Source: Epithemia pelagica (Eukaryota; Protista; Bacillariophyta). Taken from it: a DNA stretch of 64,000 nucleotides. Where the stretch lies: positions 682,001 through 746,000 of the forward strand of contig OX337239.1 in assembly GCA_946965045.2 (NCBI GenBank). The letters run 5' to 3'. A model generated the notes under the pieces. The model was not told the DNA's origin and made no database searches. It saw only the letters and a program-made list of their open reading frames with translations. Positions 44,539 through 57,800 of this stretch are shown piece after piece (position 1 is the stretch's first letter; every line of letters starts with the position of its first letter). The translations under genes were made by a program, and so were the position numbers.

Positions 44539-46222
44539 TCATTTTTGACTGGTAGTCGTCTTCGCCTTTTTGGTTTGTTTCTTGCCCTTGGGTTCCAAAG
44601 GAACCACTGGTAACATTTTGATTCCCGCCTTGTCCAAGTAGCTCATAGCCTGAATCAACAAAAGGAGGAGAACATGAGTGAATTGCCTTACAACAACAAC
44701 AACAAGCACAATGAAACAGCCCGGCCAGAGTACTACTTACATAATTTCGCAGTTCCACTTCCATTTTGCGACTCAACAAAAAGGATGCGACAGCCTCCCG
44801 TTCTTGTCGGACACTGTCGTCATCCTTTTTCCTCTTATTATTCTTGGAATCATCTTGGTCTTGGTCAGTATCGTCCTCGTCTTCTTCTTCGTCATTGTCG
44901 GCGGTGCTCCAAAAGCCCGCCGGAATACTTTCTCGCAATTCCGGTGTATCAAAATACTTGCGGAGCGCCTCATCTTGTTCGGGTCCATGCGATTGAATTT
45001 CAATCTTGGCAATGGTGGCTTCCCGCATGAGTGGCGCACAGAGTTTGAACAAGGCATTGACCCATTTGGGCGAATTGAGAATGAGCGTCTTGTGCGCGCG
45101 TTGGGGAAAGTGGGCATCCATGGTGGACACAAACATTTTGAGCATATTCACCATATCGCGGCGACCCAACATGGACAATTTCATGCCCGTCATATCCAAG
45201 ACACTGGTCATGGTGCCCAGGGGTTTGTCGCCCTCCAAGAGTTGCCACAAGTATTCATTGACATAAATGTAATGCGTCAACATGTCCTCGTGACTCAAGC
45301 CATTTTTCTTGCCCAAATCCAAATCCATCAAGGCGGGCCGAAGCATAAAGACCACGTCTCCCTGCGTGTCGCGTCCCAAAAAGTAATGCGGACCCACGGC
45401 TTTGGCAATGTCAAATTTGGGATTGGGACGGATCAAAATGTCGTCAATCTCGTTCTCTTGTCGCCATTGGAGGGTGGTCGCCAAAGACTGTTTCGCCAAG
45501 GCACGATTGCCATTGTGCATATCGAGAAACCGAGTGGGAATGCCATCCGGATCAGTGGCACTTCCATCGCCTTTTTGAAACAAGGAATACTTGCCCCGAG
45601 AGCCCGTAGTAGGGGCCCCGTCTTCGGTAGTACTACTCCCAAACAAGTTTCCAAACAGGGAAGAGGCGGCCGTGCCCTGCTGCTGCTGCTGCTGCTGTTT
45701 CTTGTGTTCGTCTTCGAGAAATCCCCAGAGTTTGGGAAGGGACGACAGGGCGGTGGTGACATTGTGCAGGAACGAGCCAATCCATTCATCGGCCGCCTCG
45801 AAAAATTCATCCAACGAAGGGGGAGACAAGGGTCGACAATGGGATTCATTGTGTGTCGTCCCAAAACAGGTGCCCGTATCGCCTTCGCGCAAAAAGGAAT
45901 CGACCGGTCCCAAATAATAGAGGGCGGCATCGACCGAGAAATCAAAGGTGGACCAAAACAAGAGACTTTGCTCTTCCAAACTACTTTGCAATTCTTCCGT
46001 CAAGTCGTTCCAAATGGAAGTAATGCTACTGCCAATACTTTCCTCGGGAGACGCCGCCGATACCTCGGGAGCTTGCACCGATTGGGGGACCATGGAAAGG
46101 CACAAGAGACACACCAGCAAGACAGTCTCCTTCCACCAACCGCCCGTTCTTCTTCTTCTTCGCCGTCTGGATGCAGCAGAAGAAACACATGGTGGAATGG
46201 TATTACTCTTGATCATCATCAT
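44539..46222 (-). CDS. CRAL-TRIO/Sec14 paralogue 2, 2 exons (46222-44741, 44649-44539)
   Basis: Same motifs as paralogue 1. A phase-0 intron 44740-44650 (GTAAGT..TTCAG, 91 nt) gives LRNYAMSYLDKAGIKMLPVVP, which aligns with paralogue 1 LRAFVVARLKDANTKMLPVPP. Confidence 0.88.
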
Positions 46223-47911
46223 TCTTCTTCTTCTTTTCTTTTGTCTCGATTCGTACAATTGTGAGTCTACGTGGACGCTCTAAATCGTGCGGAATGGGGT
46301 GTGTCTACACACGGAGCTGATGGCTGAGGATGGAATGTCACTGTCAACCAAAAAATAATGCAACACGCTCCAATCAGAATTTGTCCGACTCGTTGGCTTC
46401 TCGCGCTTTCTTCTTCTCGTGGTGCTTGAAAGGAGAGAGATGAAGAGGAGCAATCAAGAGTGTTTCTCTGGAGTCTTTTTTCTTTGTGTATTCTCGTTTC
46501 AATGGTGTTTCTTGTATGGCGGGTGTGTGTGCACCAAAACCGCGAGGAGAAGAAGAATTGTTGGGGAGCGAAAATGAGAATGCGGTCCAACAGATGCGAC
46601 CCGTGATGCCCTCTGCAGATGTCAGCGCTCTTGACTCTTGACGCAACAACGCGTGTAAGGGATGGAGAGAGTGCCTCAACGTCTAGGCCAAATGGTACCA
46701 CTTTGAAACCAAGAGTAGCCGATACCGGGCGGTGTTGACACGCGGGTGACTCATTGGCCGTCGTGCTCCGCGTCATCGCTTGGACTCGCGGTACAGTCGC
46801 ATAGTAAAATGGGACTGTCCTACAAAGAGTAGATGGGTGAGTCAGTTTTCCTGACATTTCTGACGCACGAAGCAGAATCCCAACGAATCACAGACACAGA
46901 GAGGGCGAGCCACACAACACATGATGTGGGATTGTGATGGGTAATTCGGAAGTCAACTCCCCATGATAAGGTATTGGATGTGGTCCATCTCTTTGGCAGG
47001 TGATGTGATGGAAGAGTGTCAAAGGGTGGAGCAACGTGTTGCTCTTTGGAAGACAGACAGAGAGAGTTGCTTCAACCATCATCCAAACCCAATGTCTTGC
47101 GTGAAAGTGGATTGGGAGCAGTCTGGAAGGGACAATCACCGTTTGTTGCGTGGAAGTAGTGGATTGACAGTCACTTGTGTTTGTCAAGACCCCGTTCGTC
47201 ATTCGTTCTTCTTGCCTTGAAGTTTAGAGAGAAGGATGACACGAGACCATCCTCCTCCCCACATGTCGATATACTGTAAGCGAAGTGGAAGGATGATGAT
47301 GATGTGGATGGGGGCCAGCCTCCATGTTGGTCACCACTCATGGAAACCAACCGTGTGTATAACAAATACTGCGTCCATCCTACAGCGTTATGGGGAACTT
47401 CAACGCGCCGCCCAAAACACCAAACGATACATCAATCCACCCTGGAAGCAATCATCGAACTATACCATCACCAAGTGTCTGTGGTGTGTTTGTTTCGCAA
47501 ACCAAGGCATGGACACTAGGAATAGAGCTAGCGATAGTATAGATTACGAATGGAACCCTTTGGATCATTTCATACTAGTGTAGCTATTGTAGGTCGGCGT
47601 CAAACAAATTTCATGGGAACTGGAAGAAACAACGACTCTTGGCAGTGTTGTCTTGCACTTCGACAAACCAATGTCGCAGAACACAGTGGGCACTGCTCAC
47701 CAAAAAGTAGCTATAGTCGCAGTGTTCATCCGGCCAGTGTTTCAAGAATGAAAAAAAGAACACACCGACCTCCCAGTATCACAGCCGCGGCAAAAGTCCC
47801 CTCATGATGGCGGGGATCAAACAAAACCACTCGACGGGATGGCAGCAGCAGGTGTGGCCCGCAACACACTTGCGCCACCCGGTCCTAGTCTCCGGGCGTG
47901 GACTCCCCCTA

Positions 47912-48754
47912 TCAAGAGTCTTGCGGTGAGTCGTCCACTCGGTCCACGACAAACTCCAACAAGGCTTGCAACACAGTTCGCACGGCCGGATTGCGTGCCT
48001 CTTGAATTCGTTGCTTCATGGTGGTTTGAAAACACTTGTATCGTTCTGCCATTGTTGTGCACAGAGTGTAAATGGAATTGGGATCGTCATCCAAAAAAGT
48101 GGTGCTGGTGAAGGGAGCCAACAAGAAGGAGGCATGCAATTCCAAAATCGATTGCAACCGAGAGGATTCCAGTGTCGCACTGCTGCTGCTTTGGGCTTGG
48201 AGCAATTCCGACAGGACTTGTTGCATTTGGGTTTGACGAATGGAAATCCGTGGAGTACCTTGTTGCGAACTTTGGACGGCCCGTTGATAGAGATTGGCTG
48301 AAGAAGAAGCAGAAGAAGAAGAAGTCGGATTCCATGGGTTAAACCCTGGAAGTGGGCCCGCCCCGTTGCTTTCCCGGTCGTCGTCGTCCTCCGAATCCTT
48401 GGAGGGAGTACCATGCAACCGCATACTTTGGAGGTAGTTCGTGCATTTCTTGTTGTTGTTGTTCCAGGCTGGACTTGATGGCTGGAACAGGACCTGCGAG
48501 GACACGGGCCACGTAGATTCCCACTTGTCAGTCTCCGACAGTGTCGTGGCAGTCGAGACAAAGGCAAGTCGGTCCCTGGACGACCTTGGGAACGAATGGT
48601 CCCTGCAAGTATCGCGAATGCCAGCGTTGCGGTTGATCCATGGCGTCGCGACGACAACGACAACCGGTTGCCACCCGAGGAGCCAGAGGGGTGCGGCCAC
48701 GAGCCAGAAGTGGTACGGCCGTCGCGGAGCCGAAACAGAGGAGGACCGCAGCAT
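47912..48754 (-). CDS. Hypothetical protein with a predicted signal peptide and helical C-terminal domain
   Basis: Hydrophobic leader, low-complexity linker, then SIRQTQMQQV..SIY..RYKCFQTTMKQRI..VLQALLEFV. Confidence 0.65.
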   Translation of the reverse strand: MLRSSSVSAPRRPYHFWLVAAPLWLLGWQPVVVVVATPWINRNAGIRDTCRDHSFPRSSRDRLAFVSTATTLSETDKWESTWPVSSQVLFQPSSPAWNNNNKKCTNYLQSMRLHGTPSKDSEDDDDRESNGAGPLPGFNPWNPTSSSSASSSANLYQRAVQSSQQGTPRISIRQTQMQQVLSELLQAQSSSSATLESSRLQSILELHASFLLAPFTSTTFLDDDPNSIYTLCTTMAERYKCFQTTMKQRIQEARNPAVRTVLQALLEFVVDRVDDSPQDS

Positions 48755-49910
48755 CGTTTCGGGACAGTTCGTACAAAGACTAAAAATGGTCGAGACACGG
48801 TCAATCCATGAAACAAGCACCACTGCAGAGCTTGCGCAATCGTTTCAGTACCTCTTCCTCTTGTGTGTGTTGAAACAGCCTTTTTTGGATCGCCGTCTTC
48901 TTTCTAGATCTGAACTTGTTTGTAGATATATTAGGAGTTGCGGCTCGATCCCATCAACATTGTTGAGATCGACACACACACACGCACTTTGGATATCGGA
49001 CTCATCAGCGACTGGATGCCTGATGTCGCCTGCCGGGTCGGCACTTGTGTGTGCGCGTTGGGAACTTTCCTCGACCGTTTGGAGCAGATGGGAAGAACAA
49101 TGACATATGCGAACCACTTTCTGTGTCTCGTCCCATCACTACTCCACGTTATTGTAATGGAAATTCATGACCATACTTATTAAATATTTTAATAAGTGCG
49201 ATAGGTTGTCAGAAGGGCTATTGTATATAACTTCTATCAGACATGTCTGAATCGGTACGACAATGAGGCGCTGTGTCCGAGCAAAAGACAGACAGCAGGT
49301 GAGTCCACAAGAGAGACTACGGCCAATGTTAACGGATACGGATGCGGACATGGAGAGAGTACAGTTTGATCGATACAGGAGGCGCACTGACGCAGGAACT
49401 TCCGACCTTGGAGTGTCCTCCGGTTCAAGACTCAACGGGCCAGAGTTGCGGTTTTCCGTATTGATTTACGTACAGTTGGAATGGATAGTACTGTAAAAAT
49501 TCACGTTCGCATCGCGTGCTTCCGTTTCGGTTACCGTAGAGGCACGGTTCTGGTTGTGCGCCCTCACATCTTTTTCTCTCTCTCGCCCAAACAAAACAAA
49601 CCAACCAACCAATTGAGAACCACCACCGCGACGAGAATCCGAGAATCCCCTCACTCTCATCCGTAGTACGAGTAGTTGTTGACAAATCGCAAAAAGTGAA
49701 AAGATCACTGCAAGTTTGTCCTGGTCGAAGAACGTCGAAACATCCATAGTCTTCGTGTTTTGACCACGCTCCACTACTACGAGACACTTTCCTTCCGTCG
49801 CTGTCTGTGTAGTTGCATCTCCAAGGTTCCCGTCTCTCCCTCGCACTAGTCCTCCGACGAAGAGAGATCTCAAAAAAACTTACAAAGCAAATCCACGGTA
49901 GTTTCCAAGA

Positions 49911-50828
49911 ATGAAGTACACCTTTCCTCATCATCGTCACCATGATGTTCTTTTGAAACCAAAGAAAAGCAATCCCCAGGAAACAAAGGATACTACTGGA
50001 GCATCCTCGTGCTCCAGTCCTTGGACAAGGACTCGTCCCTTGTCCAACAAAAAGACATTGCAACAACCACAAGCCCCAGAGCGTTGTACCGACTCGGGTC
50101 CCAAAGCGCCCGTGCCCACACCACAACCACAACAACGAAGGAGGCCCCTCCTCCTTCCGACCAAACGAGTGCGCTTTGGCAAGGCGTTTCTGTACGAGCA
50201 TCCCATTATCCCCGGGGACAATCCCGGTGGTTCGCACGGTGTTCCTCTCACCATTGCGTGGGAGTGCGTGGGCCACCAAGTGGTCGATGCCATTGCCTTG
50301 CAAGACGGCCGACAGGCCCAATCCGTATGGGACGGATCCGGTTCCTCCTCACGACCCATGGCCGAAGACCGATTGCACTTGTCGGCGGCCGCTCGCCAAG
50401 AATTGTTGCAGGGCTTGGGTTATACGCGCCAGGAATTGGTCCCATGGTGCAAAGCCGCCACTGTTGCCCGCGCCCAACGTCGCAAAACGGTGGAAACCTT
50501 GGGCTTGTTGCCCCTCCATCAAGCCCTGGAACGGACCCGCAAGGGTGTGGTGCATTTGTTGCTACCACCCAAACAACGTCAAGAACGACAACGACTCAAG
50601 CAATGGCGGTCCGTCGCCCATGGTCCTGCTTCTTCTTTGCGTACCACCAAGTCCTTGTCGGATTCCTGGTCGTCCAACAGCACCGATTCCACCTCGTCCA
50701 TCCTGACCGCCATGATCTTGGAGGACGACCATGAAGCGCCGGATGCGGTATCCTCCAGAACCAGCACCAACAACAACACCCTCGGTGGTGGTGGTCGAGC
50801 CAGACCCTTGGTTGTGGCTTCTTGTTAA
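49911..50828 (+). CDS. Diatom-type hypothetical protein (RVRF..GDNP..GVPLTIxW family)
   Basis: KRVRFGKAFLYEHPIIPGDNPGGSHGVPLTIAWE..RQELLQGLGYT motif set. Confidence 0.75.
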   Translation: MKYTFPHHRHHDVLLKPKKSNPQETKDTTGASSCSSPWTRTRPLSNKKTLQQPQAPERCTDSGPKAPVPTPQPQQRRRPLLLPTKRVRFGKAFLYEHPIIPGDNPGGSHGVPLTIAWECVGHQVVDAIALQDGRQAQSVWDGSGSSSRPMAEDRLHLSAAARQELLQGLGYTRQELVPWCKAATVARAQRRKTVETLGLLPLHQALERTRKGVVHLLLPPKQRQERQRLKQWRSVAHGPASSLRTTKSLSDSWSSNSTDSTSSILTAMILEDDHEAPDAVSSRTSTNNNTLGGGGRARPLVVASC

Positions 50829-51690
50829 TTCGCCAAGGATGACCCACGTGTTTTCATTGGCAATTGACACAGGCCGAAGCAAGTAAGACTCTCCTGTTCT
50901 TCGTTCCATATCATCCAACACACACACACAGGTCACAAAGACGACGACAACAACATGTTTGTTGGATTTCCCTCCTCCTCCTTTTGCACAAACGATACAG
51001 TTTCCCCTGCGATATCGTGCGACGCGCAGTGGAACTCTGTCTTGCATAATAATAATAGCGCTATGTAGTATTCATATGGACAAAGCCAGGATGGGACCTT
51101 TCTACCTGCCTTGGCATGTAGTACGTAAAGAAGGCCGTTGTAGGAGGATTGTCCCCAGCACGGTTCGCTCCAATCGATTGATCGATCCCAGCGGCAGAGA
51201 GAGAGAGAGACTCCTTCATATCGATTGGTCTAGACGCGTTGCCTGACTCGCTCCTGTGTTTCGTCGGAGTCTATGAAAAATAAAAACATAATACTGTCGG
51301 ACCATGGTCCACCTCGAGTGTTCTCTTACTTACCTAGGCAACAACCATTCGTATTCCATAGTGGTTCTCTACTAGCTAGCTACCCAGTCCGAATGATCCA
51401 CATTTCACCACGTGTCTCCATCAACACGCCGGACCAACCTCGCTCGATGAAATCACGACTCAATCTGGGGGACTCCCCCAAACGTTTGGCCGGCGTCTCG
51501 GTGGGGAATTCGCATTCCTGCCGGAGACTGGATCATCATCAGGTTGGTGGTGTTGCCATCACAATCGCACAGCCCAAACCGAACAGGACAAGGCCGCCAC
51601 TCCATTCTCTATCATCTACTACCTACTTGTCCTAACCACAACAACAGGGTTCCAAGAGTACCGCCGCTTGTTCTTCTTCTTCTCGTGTGG

Positions 51691-51694
<4 letters not shown>

Positions 51695-51732
<38 letters not shown>
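51695..51732. repeat. (TC)19 microsatellite
   Basis: Directly visible. Confidence 0.95.
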
Positions 51733-51737
<5 letters not shown>

Positions 51738-52489
51738 TGGGTGGTGTCGATTTCGGTCCCCCACGGGAGAGATTTCACGTTGGGGGTCCCCCACAAGAAT
51801 TTGGCCTGGCGTGCGTGCACCACCTTCGTTCTACAATATAAGTATCCAGTCCCCCACGACAACCAGCACAAACACGTGAATTTTGTTTCTACAACGTGAG
51901 CGAGAGAACAACAACGAACCACACAACACGACAAGATCGTCTCTCGGTTCCATCGATTCGAGCCAGACAGCAATCCACACGATCCACCGAACGAACCGCG
52001 GCTCTCCAGCAAACTCGTGAGAGGCTCTAGTAGAGCTAGAATCGATTCTTGTGGTACATTGCGCGTCGAGCAGGACGATTGTCATTGGGAACCGACAACA
52101 ACAAGAAGAAGAAGACGCAAAACAGTACCATCCGGAGAACGAGGGAGGAATCGAATTGATTCGGTGATTCACGAATATTTTGCTCGACTCGTCGGCAGTA
52201 AGAAGGGTGGTTGGTTCTTTGTTGCTCCAAGAAACGAAGCACACAACGTGGCATTGCAGTATTGCGCGCAACACTGGCAAGCTTCTGGATCGTTTCTAGA
52301 GTGTGTGGAGGAATCGAACCGCACACTCCCTCTATAATAGAAGCTCACGGAACGAGCCTCTCTCCTCTTTGGATCGCAAACGCGACACTACCGGGGTTCG
52401 GCTCCTACACACACACACACACACACGTTGATCCTGACACATACACCTCGATCCACAGTCTTTGGGTTTCGCAAATCATCCTTCGATCC

Positions 52490-53485
52490 ATGAGCATGAG
52501 TTGGTTTGGTTGGTGGTATTGGTGTGGTGGAACCCCGCGTCGAACGACGTGGCGCAAGGGCACGGCCGCCGCCTATTATGCCCGTCAACCGACGTGCACT
52601 TGTCGATCGTTGCCCGATGCTTATCGGTGCATTGGTCCCGCGGCACGACGCCAATGTCGTGTGCTGTTGCAAACGGTCCTCTTGTTGTGGGTCGTCTTGT
52701 TGATTGTGCTGTGGTTGGGCATGGAAGTGCAAGAATCGCGCGTTCAACAAACACCCGATACCTTGGAATTTTATACCACTCCCCATGTCTGTGGCTTGAC
52801 CACGACCACGACCAGCAGCCGCACGAGTGAAGAGGAGGATGCAATGGATGATTCTGTGCAGGCCGAGATTGCCGTGCATACCTTTGCGACAGTGGAGGAT
52901 GCGCAGTCGTCGACGGATACGATTGTGGCCCATTGTGGCGATTGTGGAGCCTGTAGCAATCCTCACGACATGGATATTTACGATGCTACGAAAACTTCGC
53001 TCTTGGCCACGACGGTGGAGTGTGGCAAACAAGCCTTGGTGTGGGGTCGCAAAACGGCCGGGTCGTGTCTCGACGAGACGGTGGGATTTACGGCCGACTG
53101 CAATACCTGTTGGATGGACAATATCATGTGTGACATTCGCAACTGTCTGTTTATTTGTTTGTGGCAAGGCTTGTTTCATCAAGTTGAAGATGGCAGTAGC
53201 GAATCGAGTGAGGCCTTGAATCGATGTACCTTGTGCGATGAAAAACGGTGTGGACCCAGTTTTATTTTGTGCGCCGGAGCCAATCGACGACGATCTGGCA
53301 TTGTCTCGGACATTGAACGCAATGCCCAACTCGAAGTGTGTGACACCGTCTCGGAACTGACCACGACGGGTCAACCCTGGTGGACCAATGAAACCCTCCA
53401 ACACATTTGGACGCGACAGCAACAAGAACAAGAACAACAACAAGACAAGAAAGACAAGGACGAGCGATCCTCCCGATTCTCCTAG
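52490..53485 (+). CDS. Single-pass (type II) membrane protein with a Cys-rich lumenal domain
   Basis: TM helix VLLQTVLLLWVVLLIVLWLGM, then HCGDCGACS..GFTADCNTCWMDNIMC..CDEKRCGP..AGANRRRSGIVSDIER. Confidence 0.8.
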   Translation: MSMSWFGWWYWCGGTPRRTTWRKGTAAAYYARQPTCTCRSLPDAYRCIGPAARRQCRVLLQTVLLLWVVLLIVLWLGMEVQESRVQQTPDTLEFYTTPHVCGLTTTTTSSRTSEEEDAMDDSVQAEIAVHTFATVEDAQSSTDTIVAHCGDCGACSNPHDMDIYDATKTSLLATTVECGKQALVWGRKTAGSCLDETVGFTADCNTCWMDNIMCDIRNCLFICLWQGLFHQVEDGSSESSEALNRCTLCDEKRCGPSFILCAGANRRRSGIVSDIERNAQLEVCDTVSELTTTGQPWWTNETLQHIWTRQQQEQEQQQDKKDKDERSSRFS

Positions 53486-54868
53486 GTATTCCAACAAGAG
53501 GTGCTTGCCTGGTTTCATGGACTCTTGTTCTCTGGTGTGTCATGGTTCCGTCTGGGTGAATTTTCACCCCCCACCGAACGTGTGCACCACCAACTGCCAG
53601 TACGTAAGCGGGTGCAAGAAGCAAAAGAAGCACGCCATGGATCCATCCCTCGGTGGTTGGTTCGGTTGTTTGTGGGGGCTGGAAGAAAGAACCTGGACGA
53701 GGACACTGGTGGGATTGCACAAGAGTCCTCCATGAGACCTGTGTGTTGCGACTTTGTTTGACGACAAGTGTGGTTCGGTGGACCTGGCAGGGATGAGAAC
53801 ATGTGGTGGTGTGTACCGTCAGGGACAAGCATCGTCATGCCTTGCTGCTTTCTGGTCTTGACTATCGAATATCGAAACACAATCGCATCGGGACACTGTT
53901 TGGGTGTAGAAAAAGACTTGCCGAAGGTACGCCTTCTAGTCTCTTTTTGCATGGACAACTTTGGGGGGTCAAGTGATTCGCCATTTGGCCTCGCTTTGTT
54001 GTTTCTCCCACATGCTTGTAGGTGTTGTGTGATTTCTCCTCCATCATGCCATGCTGGACATGAGGACAAGTCGAACTGATTTGTGCGGAATGGTGTACTC
54101 TTTCTCTTTGGCGATCCAATTACCGCAACGAAAGACGTAATCACCACAGTGCCTACATACATCAAGTGCCGTCCAAAACCAAAGAGGTTGATCCTTGTCA
54201 ACGCAATAGTAGTGGACTTTATAGTATATTCTACCCTTCCCTAGATTTGTACCACAAGATCTTGGGGGACAACGGTTCAATTTTCTTTGGCACACAGATA
54301 TTGCGCGACTGACCTCGTGCGGGTTTCGGTGCAAACTTCGAGACTGACATTTTCTCTTCAAGATTCTGATGCCTTTCGAACGACATTAGATATATTATAT
54401 TGTAATATGGCAAGAGGCGGAGGACGACGAAACAAATACAAAAAGGGTGTCTAGGTAGGTCGCGATGCGAGTTGGACGGGTGGAACAATTCTTCAGTGTA
54501 AAGGACCTCTGTTGCAAGCATGTAATATCTGCATTCGAGAGACTGACCTATCATCAAACTCGGTGATTTTGCGGCTTCACCGCCGTTTGTGCTGTATTCG
54601 TTCTGCTCTATAGACAGAGAACAGTTGCAGAAGTTTGCATCCAACACCATTGTACGATAATTGGTGGTAGTGGTGAAATTGTTGATTAGTTATTGGACCA
54701 CGAAGACAACTCACAAAAAGAAGAGAGATTTCTTTATCTTGCCGCCCATTCAAGTGTTCAAAGAGATCGAAAAGGGCACCAGTGTCGCTTGTGGACGTGC
54801 AACGAGAGTCGTCGAGAAATAATTCAGCAACAAGAGAACACCAAAACAAGCGATAAAATATATCGAGC

Positions 54869-57800
54869 ATGGCTGACCAAAAGCACAACAACAATGCCCA
54901 GCAACAGTCTTCCCACAACGACGCGGTAGACTTACTCCATCGAGAAGTACGAGCCTCGAATCTCGTATTACCCGAAATCGAGTGGACAAGTCACAATGCA
55001 ACGACGCCAGGCTCTAATACAGCTCCACCAGCCAACACAAAGAGTTTGTCTCCTCCTCCTTCGTGGCCTCCTCTGAAAGCGGGAGGATGCAGCATGAGAG
55101 TTGCCGTAACCTTGCCCAACACCAACGATCCTCACCAGGAGGGCGCTTTCGAAACCATTGTTGTAATAGGTGGTGGCTCGGGACCCGGCACGACGTCGGT
55201 TCAATGGTTGCCTGGAAGTCCTAGCACTGCTCCAGATGACGGAGGCAACGCATGGCAACCAAAGTGGTTGACGGGGCCTAGTATGTCTCACAAACGACAA
55301 GGACACGCCGCAGTTGTCTGCAATGAACACGTCTATGTCATGGGTGGTGTGGGTCTTGACAGTATTGAACTCATCCCTATCAAGGCCTTTGATCGTCGAT
55401 CTTATTTAACGAACTGGGTGGTCATGTCGTGTCGATTGACATGTAAACGATGGGGGTGTTCGGCAGTGGCAATACTCAATCGATACGTAGTTGTCATGGG
55501 AGGATATGATCTAGCATCGGTTGATTTGTTGGACACTCGGACCAACACTGTCGTTCCTGGACCAGAAATGCGACTGGGACGATGTTTTTTTGGAGCGGCC
55601 GTTCTGGAACACAAGAACCAAATTTGGGTATCAGGAGGTTGCAAGGGGTACAATGGAGAAACCTACGACTCTTTGGAATCGATCGAGTTTCATGGATCTT
55701 CTCCACCTTTCTTTTCGGCATCTAAGTGGGCCTTGTACGATGAATATAGCTTTTATGACAAGATGAGACTGCGCAAGCCACGTTGTGAGCACTCCATGGT
55801 GGCCGTGGGCGATTGCCTCATTGTCGCAGGCGGAAGAAAGTCCCCCCAATCGGAAGCCGTACCATTCGTGGAAGTTGTGGATACAGAACGACGACTTGTG
55901 TGGAGATTGCCCGATCTCACAATTCCGCGGACGCGAATGGCCATGGTGCGAATTGCAGACGAATATCTCTTGGTCCTGGGAGGAGAAACCAACAAGTTGG
56001 AATCGCTTCCCCTCTACAACGAAAACACACTTTGTGAAAAGGTAGGTCGAATGACTCGTTCACAGAATGACGTGGGGAATTTGCCTCTAATGGCTCTCAA
56101 CTATTTTTACCATGTGATTGATAACAGTTGTACCGACAGGCATTAGCAAAGGGTTCGCAACCACCGAATCAATTGCGAGTCATGGTGTGTGGTTCATATG
56201 GTGTGGGTAAAACCAATTGTGTCAGGTCACTCCGCAATTTGGAGTTCAATCCTGTTTATGAATCAACTGAAGGCATTGATGCTAACGCAGGACGGATCGA
56301 GCAACATTGCATCCGCCAGAACAGTGTGGAGCCACAAGATCAAACGAATCTGCAGCAAGACGAAACAAACCATGATTTTCGAAGGGGTCTCCGTTGGTAT
56401 TTGCAACAAACTCCCCTCAAGTTCCATGGTCGAACGAATCGGAAAAACCAACAAGATGAAGATGATTCTGAATGGGATACGTCCATTCAACACCCGGAGG
56501 CCGATCATCGTGCAGAGCCAGTCCAGCAGAAACCAGCTCAAACTGCACCAAAATCGAGACTCAACTTTTTATGGCCAAAATGGCAAGCTGCAAAATCACC
56601 AAGCCGACGTGGTGGTTCGGAAGCAAAACGGGAAAAAGTTGAGAAGTTTCAGAAACAAAACCGGCATTTGGAAACATTACCCGAGCCCTTCCGGGACGAC
56701 ATGAGACAAGCACAAAATTCGCCTCATGTCAACAAGAGGTCTGATGACTTGCAAATTGGCGACCTCACTCTGACGCTGTGGGACTTTGCGGGCCAAGTGC
56801 AATATCAAGGCATGCATCAGATCTTTTTTCGAGAATACTGCCTGTATATGCTCGTGATGAACTTGCAATATGACAAGGACCGTGATGAACAAGTTGGAAA
56901 GGAGGAAGAAATGATCCGCGATGCACAACTTTGGTTAAACGCGATTGTGTCATCGGCAGGACCACACGTTGGGTTGTTGGTGGTTGGCACCCATGCTGAT
57001 GATGATGCATTTGATTCAAAAGCCGACGCTGAAGAGAGGTTGAAATCACTTTTAGAAGAGCTCAGATCTCGAGCAAGTTCGACTGACTGGGAACATGCTT
57101 TGAAAAACGCACACACAGCTGTGGTGGACAACAAAAGTGGAAAATGGATCAATGAGCTACGACAGACCCTGTTCAAATGCTCCGAGTCTCTACTGCATGG
57201 AATGAAAGAAGTTCCGTTGCGATGGCTCCGCTTGGGAGATAAATTGAAGCAAATGCCGTTGGAGTCGGATCGGTTTTGCCTCCCGCTAGACAAAGCGAGG
57301 GAGGTGGCCATGACATTATCCTTCACTACTGGGGACGGTCTAACTGACGTCAAAGCGGCCTTGTCGTTTCTGGACAGAATGGGGAAACTTATCTACGTAA
57401 AAGAAAACGGGCTGGATCATTGGGTGTTTCCCCACCCCCAAAAGCTTCTCATGGTTCTCAAATCGCTCTTCGCACCGTTTGTAACAAAAAAGGAACCAGT
57501 TGAGTGGAATTCAAATGAATGGCAGGACTATGTAAACAAGGGTCTTTTGAATACAAACGCCCTCACTTCGCTGTGGAGGCATTTCGAGGACCATGCTCAA
57601 CTGCGAAGTTTATTGGCTCAGTGTGGGATCATTTTAGATTTGGGAGATCATGTTGTTGTTCCTTCGCTATTGCCCAACAATGAAAAGACATTGCCACAGC
57701 TCCCCTACAGGCAAGAGGATGGTGTACATATGGATATGAAAGTACAAACAGTCTGTGGGACGCATCTTCCATACTCTCTTTTCCCGTATGTTTTGGCCCG

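Noticed and set aside
44501-44740. Supplied ORF 44501..46258 C-terminus (VSSTLAGLFHCACCCCC..)
   Set aside because: It reads through a GT-AG intron. The spliced frame aligns with the paralogue, so the poly-Cys tail is an artefact.
44678-46264. 528-aa plus-strand ORF, and similar long antisense ORFs (42757..44037, 52388..53518, 33567..34610, 49425..50321, 1801..2655)
   Set aside because: These are antisense shadows of well-supported genes with biased codon usage and show no motifs of their own.
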